Assembly: GCF_009914755.1 (NCBI RefSeq)
Contig: NC_060930.1
Direction: 5' to 3' (one strand)
Source of the DNA: the human T2T-CHM13v2.0 reference genome, Homo sapiens
Length of the DNA stretch: 64,000 bases
Made by a program: the position numbers and the translations under genes. Position 1 is the stretch's first letter. Each line of letters starts with the position of its first letter. The notes under the pieces are model-generated. The model ran no database searches. It had not been told where the DNA came from and worked only from the letters and a program-made list of their open reading frames with translations. Positions 13,640 through 31,021 of the stretch are shown piece after piece.

Positions 13640-14755
13640 CAGGTTTTTTCTTTTCTTGTTGGCATGATTTTTATTCTATATTTTTCTGTTCTCATCTTGC
13701 TTGGGGTTTGTTGAGATTCTTGGATTAATATATTTATAGTTTTCACCTAAATGGAGGGTTTTCTACCTTTTTTTATATATTTTTTTCTTGCCTGTTCTAC
13801 CCTTTTTACCCCTCTACTGCTCTAATTGAACATATAATCAATGGCTTAATATTATTTTACAGGTTTCTGAAGTCTCATTATTTTTTCCTTAATGTTTCTA
13901 TCTGTTCTTCAAATTGTTTTCCATATACAAATATATATGTATGTATATGTATTGTTTTCCTTTTTTACAGATTACTTATTATATTTTAAATCATCGCTAA
14001 TCTTCAGCGAAGCCCATAACACAAGTCTTTCATTTCAGTTATTATTTTCATCTCTAAAATTTTTATTCGGTACATTTTATAATCTGCTGAGTTTCTCTGT
14101 TTAATCATTAGGAGTGAACTTTTTAAATCATAAAATATATTTATGATAGCTACTTGAAAGTCTGTGCCCAATAATTACAACATTTAGTACATCTCAGTTC
14201 TATTTCTTGCCATTTTTCTTGAATATGGGTTTTATTTTTCTGTTTCTTTCCATATTTAATGATATTTGAGAGTTTACCAAGCTTCATCAATGTTATTTTG
14301 TGCAAGCTCAGGATTATGTTATATTCCTGTGAAGAGGTTTGTTTTAGCACAGTAAATTTGACTAAACACAGATTCCAAACTGCCTCCTTGGCTGTGGCAA
14401 CAGCTGAAATCTTTATTTATTTCAACTTAATTCACTGCCTCTAAAGTCCCTTTCAATTTGGTATATTCCCTCTACATTTCTGACTATTCTTCAAGCCCCC
14501 AAAACTCTCCTCTGTCACCTAAGACACTAATACTGTAACTTCTGTACTGGGCTGCATGAGAATTTTGAACGGTCCTTGGGCAAAAGAAATAAATTAGAAA
14601 TCTCACCTTTCAAAGATAGACAGTTTCTGTCCGTGATCTTTTTAAAATTACCTTCAGATGTATTTTAATAGTTTATATGGCTTCTATAATTGTTATCTGT
14701 AAGAAGCGTTATCCCTGCTTCCCAATAGCTAATCTGTCATTACAGGAAGCCAAAA
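13640..14755 (-). mobile_element. Ancient L1M (L1ME-like) 5'/ORF1 region
   Basis: T-rich antisense L1 ORF1 motifs (CTTGCTTGGGGTTTGTTGAGATTCTTGGAT). Confidence 0.55.
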
Positions 14756-14779
14756 TCTGAGCAATAATATTTTTAAGAC

Positions 14780-15139
14780 AAAGGAAAATTATCTCCTAAT
14801 GAAAATCTTTTTAAAATTCCTGATATATACACACAAAAATTATAACAAAATATTTCAGAACTAAGAGCAAGTATGTCTGTCACATCACTACATATAAATA
14901 AGCTTATTTCCTTTATAAAATAAAAATTTTAAGACAGTATAATAAACCAAAACCCAATCAGATGCTATATTTATGAGACATAGGTAAAATAAAGATTTCA
15001 AACGACTAAAATGAAATGCGCAAGTGAAAAATTTTACTAGGCAAATGCAAACAAAAGATATCAAAGGTCTATGATTTTAATATTACATAAGGTAGAATTC
15101 ATACCAACAACATTAAATGAGGTGAAGAGCCCATATTTT
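14780..15139 (+). mobile_element. Ancient L1M ORF2 start fragment (continues after 17110)
   Basis: Degenerate endonuclease-domain sequence (AACCCAATCAGATGCT..., GGCAAATGCAAACAAAAG). Confidence 0.5.
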
Positions 15140-17106
15140 AGTGCAAACCATATCCTACAGCATATGAAAAAGATTATATATCATGATCAAGTGGGATGTA
15201 TCCAAGAGATGCGAGTAGTGGTCAACATACACAAATCAATAAGTGATACATGATATCAGCAGAATGAAGGGCAAGTACCATATGATCATCTCAATAGATA
15301 AAATGCAGAACAGCATTTGATAAAATCCAACATTCATCATGATAAAAATTCTCAACAAATTAGGTATAGAAGGAATATACCTATATACAGTGTTCATGAA
15401 TTAGAAGAATTTATATAGTCCATACTACCCCAAACAATCTAAAGATTCAATGCAATCCTTATCAAAATACCAATGGCATTCTTCACAAAAATGGAAAAAA
15501 GAAGTTTCAAATTTGTATGGAACTACAAAAGACCCCAAATAGCAAAAGCAATCTGAAGCAAAAGAACAAAACTGTATGCCTCACACTACCTGATTTCAAA
15601 ATATACTATCAAGATTTAACCAAAGTAACATGGTAACTGGTATGAAAATAGACACATAGACCAATGAAACTGAATAGGGAACCTAGAAACAAATCTATGT
15701 TTTTGCAGCCAACTAATTTTCAACAAATGTGCCAAGAACATACATCAGGAAAAGGAAAGTGTTTTCAATAAATGATGCTGGTAAAATGAGATATCTGTAT
15801 GCATAATCAGGATAAAAGCTTAACTGTAAGACCCCAAACTATAAAACTTCTAGTAGAAAACATAAAGGAAATGCTTTAAGACATTAGTCTGGGTAAAGAT
15901 TTTATGATTAAGACTTTAAAAACACAGGCAATCGAAATAAAAGTAGACAGATGAAATTGTATCAAATTAAAAAGCTTCTGAACATCAAATGAAACAACCA
16001 ACAGAATGAATAAACAACTTGCAGAATGAGATAAAATAATTGCAAGCTATTCATTCTACAAGGGTTTAGTATTCAGAATATACAAGGAACTCAAACAACT
16101 CAACAGGAAAACAAACAAAAAAACCCCAATTAATAAATGGGAAAATGTTCTGAATAGACACGTCTCAAAAGAAGACATACAAATGGCCAACACATGCATA
16201 AAAATATGATCAACATCACTAATCATCATGGAAATCCAGATCAAAAAGACAGCAAGATATTCTCTCATTCCAGTTAGAATGACTTTTATCAAAAAGACAT
16301 AAAAAATAAAAAATGTTGGGAGGATGTGAAGAACAGGAAATTCTTATGGACTGTTGTTAGGAATTTACATTAGTTCAGCCATTATGGAAAACAATATGGA
16401 GGTTCCTCAAAAAACAAAAATAGAACTACTATATGATTCAGCAACTTCACTACTGGGTATATATTGAAAAGAACGGAAATCAGTATCTCAAAGAAATATC
16501 TGCACTCTCATGTTTATTACAGCACTACTCACAAGAGTCAAAATGTGGAATCTAAGTATCCATCAATGAATGAATGAATGAAGGAAATGTGGCATATATA
16601 CATAATGGAATATTATTCAGCCATAAAAAAGAATAAAATCCAGTTGTTTGTGGAAATACAGATGAATCTGAAGACTATTCTGTTAAGTGAAATGAGCCAG
16701 GCATGGAAATACAAATACCAAATGTTCTCATTCACATGTAGATGTTAAAACTGTGGATCTCATAGAAGTAGAAAGTAAAAAAATAATTATTTGAGGCAGA
16801 GAAGAATGTGGAAGAGGAGAAGATAGGGAGATTCTGGTTCACAAACACAAAAATCACAGCTAGAGAGGAGGACTAATTTCTAATGTCCTATAGCACCAAA
16901 GTATGACTATAATTAATGATAACTTATTGTATATTTTCAAAAAGCTAGAAGACAGGACTTTGAGTGTTCCCAACACAAAGAAATAATAAATGCTTGAGGT
17001 GGTGGATGGGCTAATTTCACTGATTATTACACATGGCATATGTGTATTGAAATATCACACTGTACTCCACAAATATATATAATTTTATGTAAATTAAAAT
17101 TTTAAA
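15140..17106 (+). mobile_element. 5'-truncated L1MA4-6-like LINE-1 with an internal deletion near 15388
   Basis: ORF2 remnant (HDQVG motif in ORF 15071-15253) and L1MA-type 3' UTR (GCTAGAAGACAGGACTTTGAGTGTTCCCAACACAAAG). Confidence 0.85.
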
Positions 17107-17109
17107 TCA

Positions 17110-18600
17110 TATGTTATGTCAGCTTCAAGCATCTAAAAATTTAAGCATTCAGAAATCAAAGAGGTAACTTTCTCTTGTATGTTAAAAAACTAAAATCATG
17201 AAAATAAAAATTAAAGTTGCTGAATTTTATAAAAGTAGCAGTTAAAAATTACATTTAAACTTTGGGTAGAGCAGAACTAGGTTCAGAAGAAAATACATAT
17301 TTTACTTAAGTCATCATATGAATGAAAAAGCACAAAAGATGAATTAAACATCATCTGACTCAGAGTTAAAAAAAGATAGATGAATCATTGAATAATTTGA
17401 TTAGTAAAGGAAAAGCATATATCTGAATTAGAAAAAAATCTTTCAGAAATAATAGATTAACAAATTGTTTTTTAGGAATAAAAAAAGCAATAAAAAAGAC
17501 CAGCTAGGCATGTAAAATGGACAAGAACAACTATTCAAAATAATAAATGAAAATAGAGTAATAACAGAAACAAAAAGTTTAATCAAGAAAGAAAATTTAG
17601 CCTAAATGGAACAATATCAACAAAAAAAGTAGTAATAACTACAGAAAAAACACAATGTTAGGCAGGCTTATCACAAAAAAATGCAAATTGCAAAGATCAG
17701 AAATTAAGAGAGAGTATTACTATAGAACTACAGACATTAAAAAGATAATAGGAAAATTTATAAACAACTTGATGTCATATACTTAATCATTTCATTGAAA
17801 TTGAGAAATTTCTTAAAAGTCACAAATTACCAAAGCTCAATCAAGAGTAAATAGCAATCTGATTATTTCCATATTTGCAAATTATGAAAGCTCAAGCAAG
17901 AATAAACAGAAACTTGACTAGATCCATATGTATTAAAGAAATTGAACATGCCAGTTTAAACCTTCCAACAAAGACAATTCCAGGGCCAAATTTCTTCACC
18001 ATGGAATGTTAGCCATCACTGAAGGAAGAAACCCTACCAAGTCTAAGCAAACTCTTCTAGAAAACAGAGAAGGAAAAAATACTCCCCAGTTAATTGTATG
18101 GGGCCAGCATTACCCTGTTCCTTGCTTAATTACACTATTTTACAATTTTCTGGTTATGAGTTGAACAATCAATGTTTTCTTGCAGTTTTCTACATGATGT
18201 TAATGTGCTACCAGATTGGGAACCAATGGCGTGGAACAGACAGGCCTATATCAGGATGTAACATAGTATGGCTTTCATGGACAGAATCTTGTAATATGTA
18301 TTAAAAGAAAAACAGTTCTTATTTCTCAACCCAATTTTAGGAATTTAACAAAAGAAATTGAAAAAAAAAACACAAAACATTGAAATGTAAGTAAAGAGGA
18401 TTCCTCATATTCTTTATAATCATAGCAATTTGATAAAAACCAAAGTTTTCTTCAATTTTACATTGTTCCAGTAACTTATGGTATATTCAGGGAGTTAAGT
18501 ACTCATTATCCTTTAAAATGATTATTTGAATTCTTATGTAGTAATAAGGAAATGTTTTTATAACATACTTCTTAATTAAAAAAACAAGTGACTGACCAGA
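17110..18600 (+). mobile_element. Ancient L1M ORF2 and 3' fragments
   Basis: A-rich degenerate ORF2 (CCAGGGCCAAAT..., GGGCCAGCATTACCCTG). Confidence 0.55.
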
Positions 18601-21600
18601 ACAGAAAATTGGATTTTATATTTTAGAAAGTGGTGGGGACATAATTGATTTATGTTGATTTAAATTTAACTGAATAATTTTTAATTTTCTGTATTGAATA
18701 TCTTTTTCATAAAATAATCATGTGTTTCATGCCATTAAACTAATTACATAAAATCAAGAAGGATCATAACGGCTACAGTGTGTGGAAACCAACTATCATG
18801 AAATTTAGGTGATCTAGGCAAGGGCTGTGGATAGCAGTGTGGTAGAGAGAAATGACAATATTCAAAAGACATTAAGAAGGTATACTAAAAGAGATCTGAC
18901 TATCTCAGATAGAATATAGATTATCTCAGATAGAATATAGATTAAATTTTATTATCTCTTAGATTGTCTTTAAGAGCCAAAGAGGTATAAATATATTTGC
19001 CTCATCTAATTCCAGACACTTAAAAAGGAGACACAGAAATTATCATTTTCTAACAATTAAAACCTAAGAAGTTAAAGGTGTATTATGTCTGAATTATTTG
19101 TGTCAGTTTTTTAATTAAAAAGAAATTAAATTCTACATTTAGGATTCATTTTATTAATTCAGTCTCATTCAATTCACAACTTTTAGATATTTTATACTTC
19201 ACACAATTTAAGGGAGACAAAAGTAAACACGATATAATCTCTATGTTTGAGCCAAATTCTTCAGTAGAGCAATAAAGTCAGATCATTTTGGCATCAAAAG
19301 ATCTGACTTTTTAATTGGAAGGGAAATTTTAATGCAACAATTGAGATAATTAATCAGCCCTGCTGTTTTTCTCTCCAAAAGTCTAAACCAGCGTGTTGTA
19401 GCATAAAAGAGCAGTGTTGTGGGTCCTCAAATATTCAAATTGGCAGCTGCATTGCCATAGGAAAGCAAAGCTTATAATAGAAATATTCATGTTTCCAGGT
19501 TATTTTAAGTTAAGTACATTGTTAGACCTCCAGGTGAGTTCATAGGAAACCAGGGGTGGATAGGGTCTCATTATTATGACTTTGGTAAATGAGCCAGAGA
19601 CTCAATTAAGAGCTGCTTTTTCATCCACTGATATACACTGTGTGTATATAGTATTCTCCGGCATCAGCTATTCAGTCTTATCCCTCTACTTTTTCTTCAA
19701 ATGTAAACTATTCCAGTATGCTAATGTTTGAGAGAATATTATATATTTTGAATACGTTGAAATTCAAATATAGAACTCAAATGTGATATAATCAAAATAT
19801 AGAGTTCAGTATGCATAGCAATATCTTGAAATATGAAGTTGGAAATGATTTAAGCTTCTTTTGAGTATGTGTATATATGTTTTAAGTCCATAAATATTGG
19901 GAATCAAGTTGCAGAGAAATCTCTTTCTAACTTAAGAAGAGTATCAATTCAATAAAGTTGTATTATTTTACCTAATCATTCTGAATATTTCTGGAAAATT
20001 GTTTTTAGAAGATGTTGCTTCTACATTGCCTTCTAAAGTCATAACTAACACAATTTTAGTTCCATTTCAACACTGATAAACTATAAGGTTGTTTGTTTTT
20101 TTCCCAACTGACATGATTTTGTATTAATTGTAATTTTCAGCTGAGTTTCAATAAACAGTGGTATTACTGCAAAAGGAAATAAAACCTGGGAAGGAATTAT
20201 TGCTATTGCCTTTAATTTTCATATATAAATAATTTAGTTGTTTGAACAGATTTTGCTTAAAAGTGTGCACATATGTGTTAGATGAAATATTGAGAAGGAA
20301 CTTGAGTAAACATAATACGTGTTTGAGAAGCCTCAATTGTGGTTAGTAGCCTATAGATAATAAAAAATATGGAATGAAAACATATTATGAACAATGTAAG
20401 AAGTCATACTTCTATTCCTGTTTTTGAATGATTCATTTTTTAATGAATGTCATAGATGTAGACATTGACAAGTATGTAGATTATATCATGTCACACAAAG
20501 AAATTTCAAAGCTTCACTAAGTTCATTGTCAGGAGGTGCTTTAAATTCTTGTCTGAATCTAATTTATAGATGCATCCTTGTGGATTTCACTCCACTAGAA
20601 AAGGTCACTCATGCAAATGAGACCAGAAAATATATAAACTCAGATTCTATGAAAGGTTGAAGAGATTTATAAATTTTAATTCACTCTTATGTGTTCTATT
20701 TCTGTCAGCAGCTAGAAATATTTTAAAGATAAATAAAATAATCCCTTAAATTCTAAACTCTACCAGGTATCCTATGTAACAAATCAACTTCAAATTTTAA
20801 TCTTTTGTCTTTTACATAGACGGAAATCAGAATTTATTGACCTGCTAGTCTTTTTCAAAGGGAAGAATGACTGTATCATGTTTTCTTTCTTTCTTTACAT
20901 AGTTAAATACAATAACTTTTCTATAGAAGCATATCAACTTTAAAAAGTAAAAATACATTAAAATATTTTTCTAGGTAAATGACAAGATTAAAGTCACCTA
21001 AGGTTAGTACATATTTTAGGCATCAAATTCATTCTCATTGTAATCCTGGTTAACAAATCCAATGAACTCAAATACTTCATTCCATTGACAACATATACGT
21101 TGATTAGAATGAGGGTGAAAACATTTCACTTACTGTTCAAAGACTTATTTGTTGTGTAATATGGTAGTATAGATAATTAATCCACAGAATCTCAAAATAT
21201 ATATTAGAATATTAGAGACACAATCCCATCATTTTTAAAAAGACAAATGCAAGAGAGACTGAGGGATCCATCAGAACCAATACCATGTACCACATTCATC
21301 AACCCAGTGTTTCCAAAGTAACCCATTATCATCTGGATCCAAAAAAATCACAGTGTGCTCTCCACACAGTAAAATTTTAATCAGGCTGGTATTCATATAT
21401 TTTTAATAAAACTGAGACCATCTAAGATTTACTTTTCTTATATTGTATACATTTACTGCCACAGGAATGCAAGTTTTATTTTACAAAACTGGATACAATT
21501 TCATTAAAATTTTGGTTTAAAAAAAGATATGCATTCTTGTTGAAATTTCTTTATATAATTCCTCTTTTGAGCTCCAAACATCAAACAGAATATGAGTCAC

Positions 21601-22468
21601 CGTTTGAACTTGGACCAGTCACACATTCAGTCTGTGTATTGTATTTTCATCTGACATACACAACTTATTAATGTACACAGAAGCATTTTGGCCTTCATTA
21701 AAAGCTTGAGTGTGCTTTAGGAAATATGTCCCAGGATATGGATGAAGTGTCATCATTCAAACAGCAGTAAATGTATTCACTCAACAAGTATTTATTGCTG
21801 TGAGTCCTACTTTAGGTCTCCATTTTTCCCCATTCTTAAAGCAGAATGTATTAGATTGATTCAGGGAAAAATGAAACAAAGCACTCATTGATATGTATAG
21901 TGTCTACTTAATTGTGAAGCACTAGTGACTTTGTAAACTTTTCTGTGGATTTACCTATGAGTACCCATTGGTTTTTGTTTGTTTAATTGTCAAGTTGGGC
22001 AGACAAATTTTTAAAAATTGGCCTTATGTAAGGACTTGCAACAGATTTAGCCTTCCCAAAAGGAAAAAGGGAATAAGGCTCAAGGTGGAAGTGTCCAAAT
22101 CAGATGAAGAAAGTAAGAGGAGAAACCTCCTGACATCCAAGGCTAATATGGGGCTGATGTTGGCCGTGTGAAAGAGGGCTTGGGAGTAGCAAATAGCCTT
22201 CAAAGAGAAATGCTTCCCAACCTTTTTATAGCTAGGCTGTAACAGCACAAGGTACTATTTGTGAGGCAGAGAGAAATAAATGGATATGACTTTACTTTAG
22301 GAGTTAGCAGTCCATGGTTCCCTGCTCTCCCAGACCCTTTCCTGGTTTCTTATACCAATAATTATTCTAATACTTGTAAATTCATACCTAATTCCTTTAC
22401 AAGTATTAGTCCAATACTTGTAAATACTTGGAAGTATCCTTTTAAAAAATATATGTATACCTACATAT

Positions 22469-22487
22469 ACACACACACACACACACA
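22469..22487 (+). repeat. (CA)n microsatellite
   Basis: ACACACACACACACACACA. Confidence 0.9.
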
Positions 22488-23320
22488 TAAATTTTGAAAC
22501 GTTAAAACTCATTGCAGTGTCTCCAAACTGATTTTCACAATCATGAATGGATTGCACGATTTAAAAGCTTTAAGAGTGATGCCCGCTGTATGTTAAGTAG
22601 TCTAAAACAATTTATGCATTTTTCCTGCATAATCAACAAAAAGTCTTTTTAAAACCATGTGTGCGTTGGTCTGTGTCTACATCCCATGTGTGTGCATTTT
22701 CACTAAGTGGGACCAAATAAGAATCAGATAAAATATATGTTTTATAGAGAGTACTATTTACGAAACAGACTTATAGTGCTGAAATTTATGTAAATTAGAT
22801 CCCAAATGAATGAGTGAAGTTTAGAATACTTCTCAATTTTAAAGCCATTGAGTATTCATATAGAAAACAATGAATCTATCAAGCCTACTTTATCCTTATG
22901 TCAATCAGGGCATATTTTTCCATAGTTCAAATTTCTATGGCTTTAAAAATGGAGGAATTAGATGTGATGCTTTCTGAAGCTCATACTCATATTAAGCTCT
23001 TTCTTCTTAGGAAATAAACTTTTTAAAGAAAAATAATATTTGCATTCATATGAAGCCACCAGAATTCTTAAGTTTCATACATTTTTCTACTAAACTTATT
23101 GTCTGCTCTCTAACCTTCCTAAAATTATATTTAACAAAACTGCAATATCACAGGGGTATACTTTTCAGTGGCCAATATTTAGAAGTAGACATAAACTTTG
23201 AAAATATGTATGTATTTCTATGTATATATCTATATAATTTTTTATCAATTTTTGAGAAGACTAAGTCTCATTATATTATTTTCATTTGAATCATCAGTGA
23301 CTTTTAAAATACCTGACATA

Positions 23321-24225
23321 GGGGAGGAGTCAAGATGGCCGAAAAGGAACGGCTGCGGTCTACAGCTCCCAGCTTGAGCGACACAGAAGACGGTGATTTC
23401 TGCATTTCCATCTGAGGTACCGGGTTCATCTCACTAGGGAGTGCCAGACAGTGGGCGCAGGCCAGTGGGTGCGCGCACCGTGCGCGAGCCAAAGCAGGGC
23501 GAGGCATTGCCTCACTTGGGAAGCGCAAGGCATCAGGGAGTTCCCTTTCCGAGTCAAAGAAAGGGGTGACGGGCGGCACCTGGAAAATTGGGTCACTCCC
23601 ACCCGAATACTGCCCTTTTCCGACGGGCTTAAAAAACGGCGCACCACGAGATTATATCCGGCACCTGGCTCGGAGGGTCCTACGCCCACGGAGTCTCACT
23701 GATTGCTAGCACAGCAGTCTGAGATCAAACTGCAAGGCGGCAGCGAGGCTGGGGGAGGGGCGCCCGCCATTGCCCAGGCTTGATTAGGTAAACAAAGCAG
23801 CCGGGAAGCTCTAACTGGGCGGAGCCCACCACAGCTCAAGGAGGCCTGCCTGCCTCTGTAGGCTCCACCTCTGGGGGCAGGGCACAGACAAACAAAAAGA
23901 CAGCAGTAACCTCTGCAGACTTAAATGTCCCTGTCTGACAGCTTTGAAGAGAGCAGTGGTTCTCCCAGCACGCAGCTGGAGATCTGAGAACAGGCAGACT
24001 GCCTCCTCAAGTGGGTCCCTGACGCCTGACCCCTGAGCAGCCTAATTGGGAGGCACCCCCCAGCAGGGGCACACTGACACCTCACACGGCAGGGTATTCC
24101 AACAGACCTGCAGCTGAGGGTCCTGTCTGTTAGAAGGAAAACTAACAAACAGAAAGGACATCCACACCAAAAACCCATCTGTACATCACCATCATCAAAG
24201 ACCAAAAGTAGATAAAACCACAAAG
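23321..24225 (+). promoter_or_regulatory. L1 5' UTR CpG-rich internal sense promoter and antisense promoter; YY1 site near the 5' end
   Basis: The only CpG-dense segment in the window; CAAGATGGCC at 23331-23340. Confidence 0.85.
23426..23770 (-). pseudogene. ORF0: L1 ORF0, interrupted by a nonsense codon at codon 25
   Basis: ATG at 23770-23768 reads MAGAPPPASLPPCSLISDCCASNQ then TGA (23698-23696); the rest (GVGPSEPG..LVVRRFLS..) is ORF-track entry 23426..23689. Confidence 0.8.
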
Positions 24226-25242
24226 ATGGGGAAAAAACAGAACAGAAAAACTGGAAACTCTAAAAAGCAGAGCGCCTCTCCTCCTCCAAAGGAATGCAGT
24301 TCCTCACCAGCAACAGAACAAAGCTGGATGGAGAATGACTTTGACGAGCTGAGAGAAGAAGGCTTCAGACGATCAAATTACTCTGAGCTACGGGAGGACA
24401 TTCAAACCAAAGGCAAAGAAGTTGAAAACTTTGAAAAAAATTTAGAAGAATGTATAACTAGAATGACCAATACAGAGAAGTGCTTAAAGGAGCTGATGGA
24501 GCTGAAAACCAAGGCTCGAGAACTACGTGAAGAATGCAGAAGCCTCAGGAGCTGATGCGATCAACTGGAAGAAAGGGTATCAGCGATGGAAGATGAAATG
24601 AGTGAAATGAAGTGAGAAGGGAAGTTTAGAGAAAAAAGAATAAAAAGAAATGAGGAAAGCCTCCAAGAAATATGGGACTATGTGAAAAGACCAAATCTTC
24701 GTCTGATTGGTGTACCTGAAAGTGATGGGGAGAATGGAACCAAGTTGGAAAACACTCTGCAGGATATTATCCAGGAGAACTTCCCCAATCTAGCAAGGCA
24801 GGCCAACATTCGGATTCAGGAAATACAGAGAACGCCTCAAAGATACTCCTCGAGAAGAGCAACTCCAAGACACATAATTGTCAGATTCACCAAAGTTGAA
24901 ATGAAGGAAAAAATGTTAAGGGCAGCCAGAGAGAAAGGTCGGGTTACCCTCAAAGGGAAGCCCATCAGACTAACAGCGGATCTCTCAGCAGAAACTCTAC
25001 AAGACAGAAGAGAGTGGGGGCCAATATACAACATTCTTAAAGACAAAAATTTTCAACCCAGAATTTCATATCCAGCCAAAATAAGCTTCATAAGCGAAGG
25101 AGAAATAAAATACTTTACAGACAAGCAAATGCTAAGAGATTTTGTCACCACCAGGCCTGCCCTAAAAGAGCTCCTGAAGGAAGTGCTAAACATGGAAAGG
25201 AACAACTGGTACCAGCTGCTGCAAAATCATGCCAAAATGTAA
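24226..25242 (+). pseudogene. ORF1: L1 ORF1p (RNA-binding chaperone), two in-frame stops
   Basis: MGKKQNRKTGNSK...QNHAKM; TGA at 24553-24555 and 24613-24615 (consensus CGA). Confidence 0.95.
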
Positions 25243-25278
25243 AGACCATCAAGACTAGGAAGACACTGCATCAACTAA

Positions 25279-29132
<3,854 letters not shown>

Positions 29133-30749
29133 ACAATGAGATCACATGGACACAGGAAGGGGAATATCACACTCTGGGGACTGTTGTGGGGTGGCGGGAT
29201 GGGGGAGGGATAGCATTGGGAGATATACCTAATGCTAGATGACGAGTTAGTGGGTGCAGTGCACCAGCATGGCACATGTATACATATGTAACTAACCTGC
29301 ACAATGGGCACATGTACCCTAAAACTTAAAGTATAATAAAAAAAAATACCTGACATAAAGAAAGTACTATGCCATCACCTTTCAATTTTAATTATTTAAC
29401 TCTGGCAGAGTGTCAATGAAGAGATATTTTTTCTTGTGCCCCTTCTTTCCAACCTCTCAACTTTAAGAGTGAGTCCCTGACTATAGGAAGGAGCTTAAGC
29501 ACTTGTTAACTGGCACAAAGTGTAGTATTTAATGTAAGATTTGACATTCTTTGAGAAATTCTGTCAGAAATTATGAAAAAGAAATTGAATACCAAGTCCT
29601 CTTGTATTTCAGGCATTGACCGCAGGACCACTGATCTGGAAAATTAGCATCTGGCCAAGGATGATAAGGCCTACAATAACATAAGGAGTAGTTGGAAAAT
29701 AGAATTCAAGAAATTCAAACAATTTTTTCCAATATGCATATCAGGACTGCATGCTAAATTTGCAAATGATATACCTGTATATACAGTCAAATATTTTCAG
29801 TTAGATTGTGCTTCAAAGCATTTCTATCTAGATAAACCAACGTCTAGATTTAGAAGAGTGAATAGATGGCAGGAGAGATGCAGAGATCAGCTTAACAAAA
29901 GGAGAATCAGAATTCCTCTTCACTTCTATTAGATTTTTTAAATAAAATTTAATAACACCTTTTTATTAAAATGGCAACAGAGTATTTTTATTCTATCCTA
30001 AATTGTCTGTATTTGTGGAAAGGAAGATAAATTTGGTTAATGTTCCTAATATCCAAAGATTTTCTAGATATGATTGAAAAGGGCTGGAGCATTTAGATTG
30101 AGTTATTAGAGTTCAGTTGGAAGGTGATGCATTCTTAAGAGTTGATTAGACAGAATAAATTTATGTTTAGGTGTTACTAGAATCTGTCATGATTAGTCAT
30201 GGTACTGAAATGTCTTCCATTCACTAACAAGCAGAGAAATTCCATTTAGTTCTATCTAGGTCTGAATCTTGATATGCCACTACTAAAACATAATTCACGA
30301 AATTTGTTTTCTACAGGGACCTGGCAATGTTAACTCCTAAATATGCATTTGCAATTAATTTAGGATGATGAGGCCAATCATTGGGATATGGAGGTCATGA
30401 TTATTGTTATAGACTGAATAGCAAAACTGTAAAATGTGTGGCTACTAAGTATTCCACAATATTTCTCCTATGGGCAGCACAGACAGTGAAGGCCAGGATC
30501 ATTTTCCTTGTCAATTACAAACTGTGGCTGTGACCATGAATTGATATTTCATTCTTCATCAGATTCAACTGTAGTTAAGTAAATTCACTAAGTATTTTAT
30601 TTTCTTATCTCATTATTAGCTTTTCATGCCTGAAACCAAACACTGAATGCTTTTATTTACAGATGCACATACAATTTGTAAATCATGTGGTATTCACGTA
30701 GCCAGTCTAGCCCTGCCATACTAGTTGATAAAAGTTCAGATTAGAAGAA

Positions 30750-30910
30750 AAGGCTAGTTTAGTAATTCAGAGACTTGGACTCTAATCTCTGTTTGGTCCC
30801 CCCTGTCAAGTTGCATAACTTTGAACATGCTCCTACTTCTCTCAGGTCAAGTTAACTCATCGATAAAACAAAGAAGTTAATGTAGATTTCCCAGGTTCTC
30901 CTTAAGTAAC
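30750..30910 (+). mobile_element. MIR fragment
   Basis: Degenerate MIR core (GACTTGGACTCTAATCTC...ACTTTGAACATG...CTCATCGATAAAA). Confidence 0.5.
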
Positions 30911-30967
30911 ACTATTTCTTCACTTCAAGACTCTCTCTGACCTGACTCGTATTTTGTGTTTGTCCAG

Positions 30968-31021
30968 GTAGTGACAAAGATAAAGAATTGGAGAAAGGGA
31001 AAAGCAGTCCAGGATCTTCAG
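30968..31021 (+). other. Candidate 54-nt internal exon (unknown transcript)
   Basis: CTGAC branch-like motifs, TTTTGTGTTTGTCCAG acceptor, purine-rich body, perfect CAG|GTGAGT donor. Confidence 0.4.

Noticed and set aside
29595-29700. Acceptor TCTTGTATTTCAG as the start of a coding exon
   Set aside because: All frames close within about 25 codons and no good donor follows.
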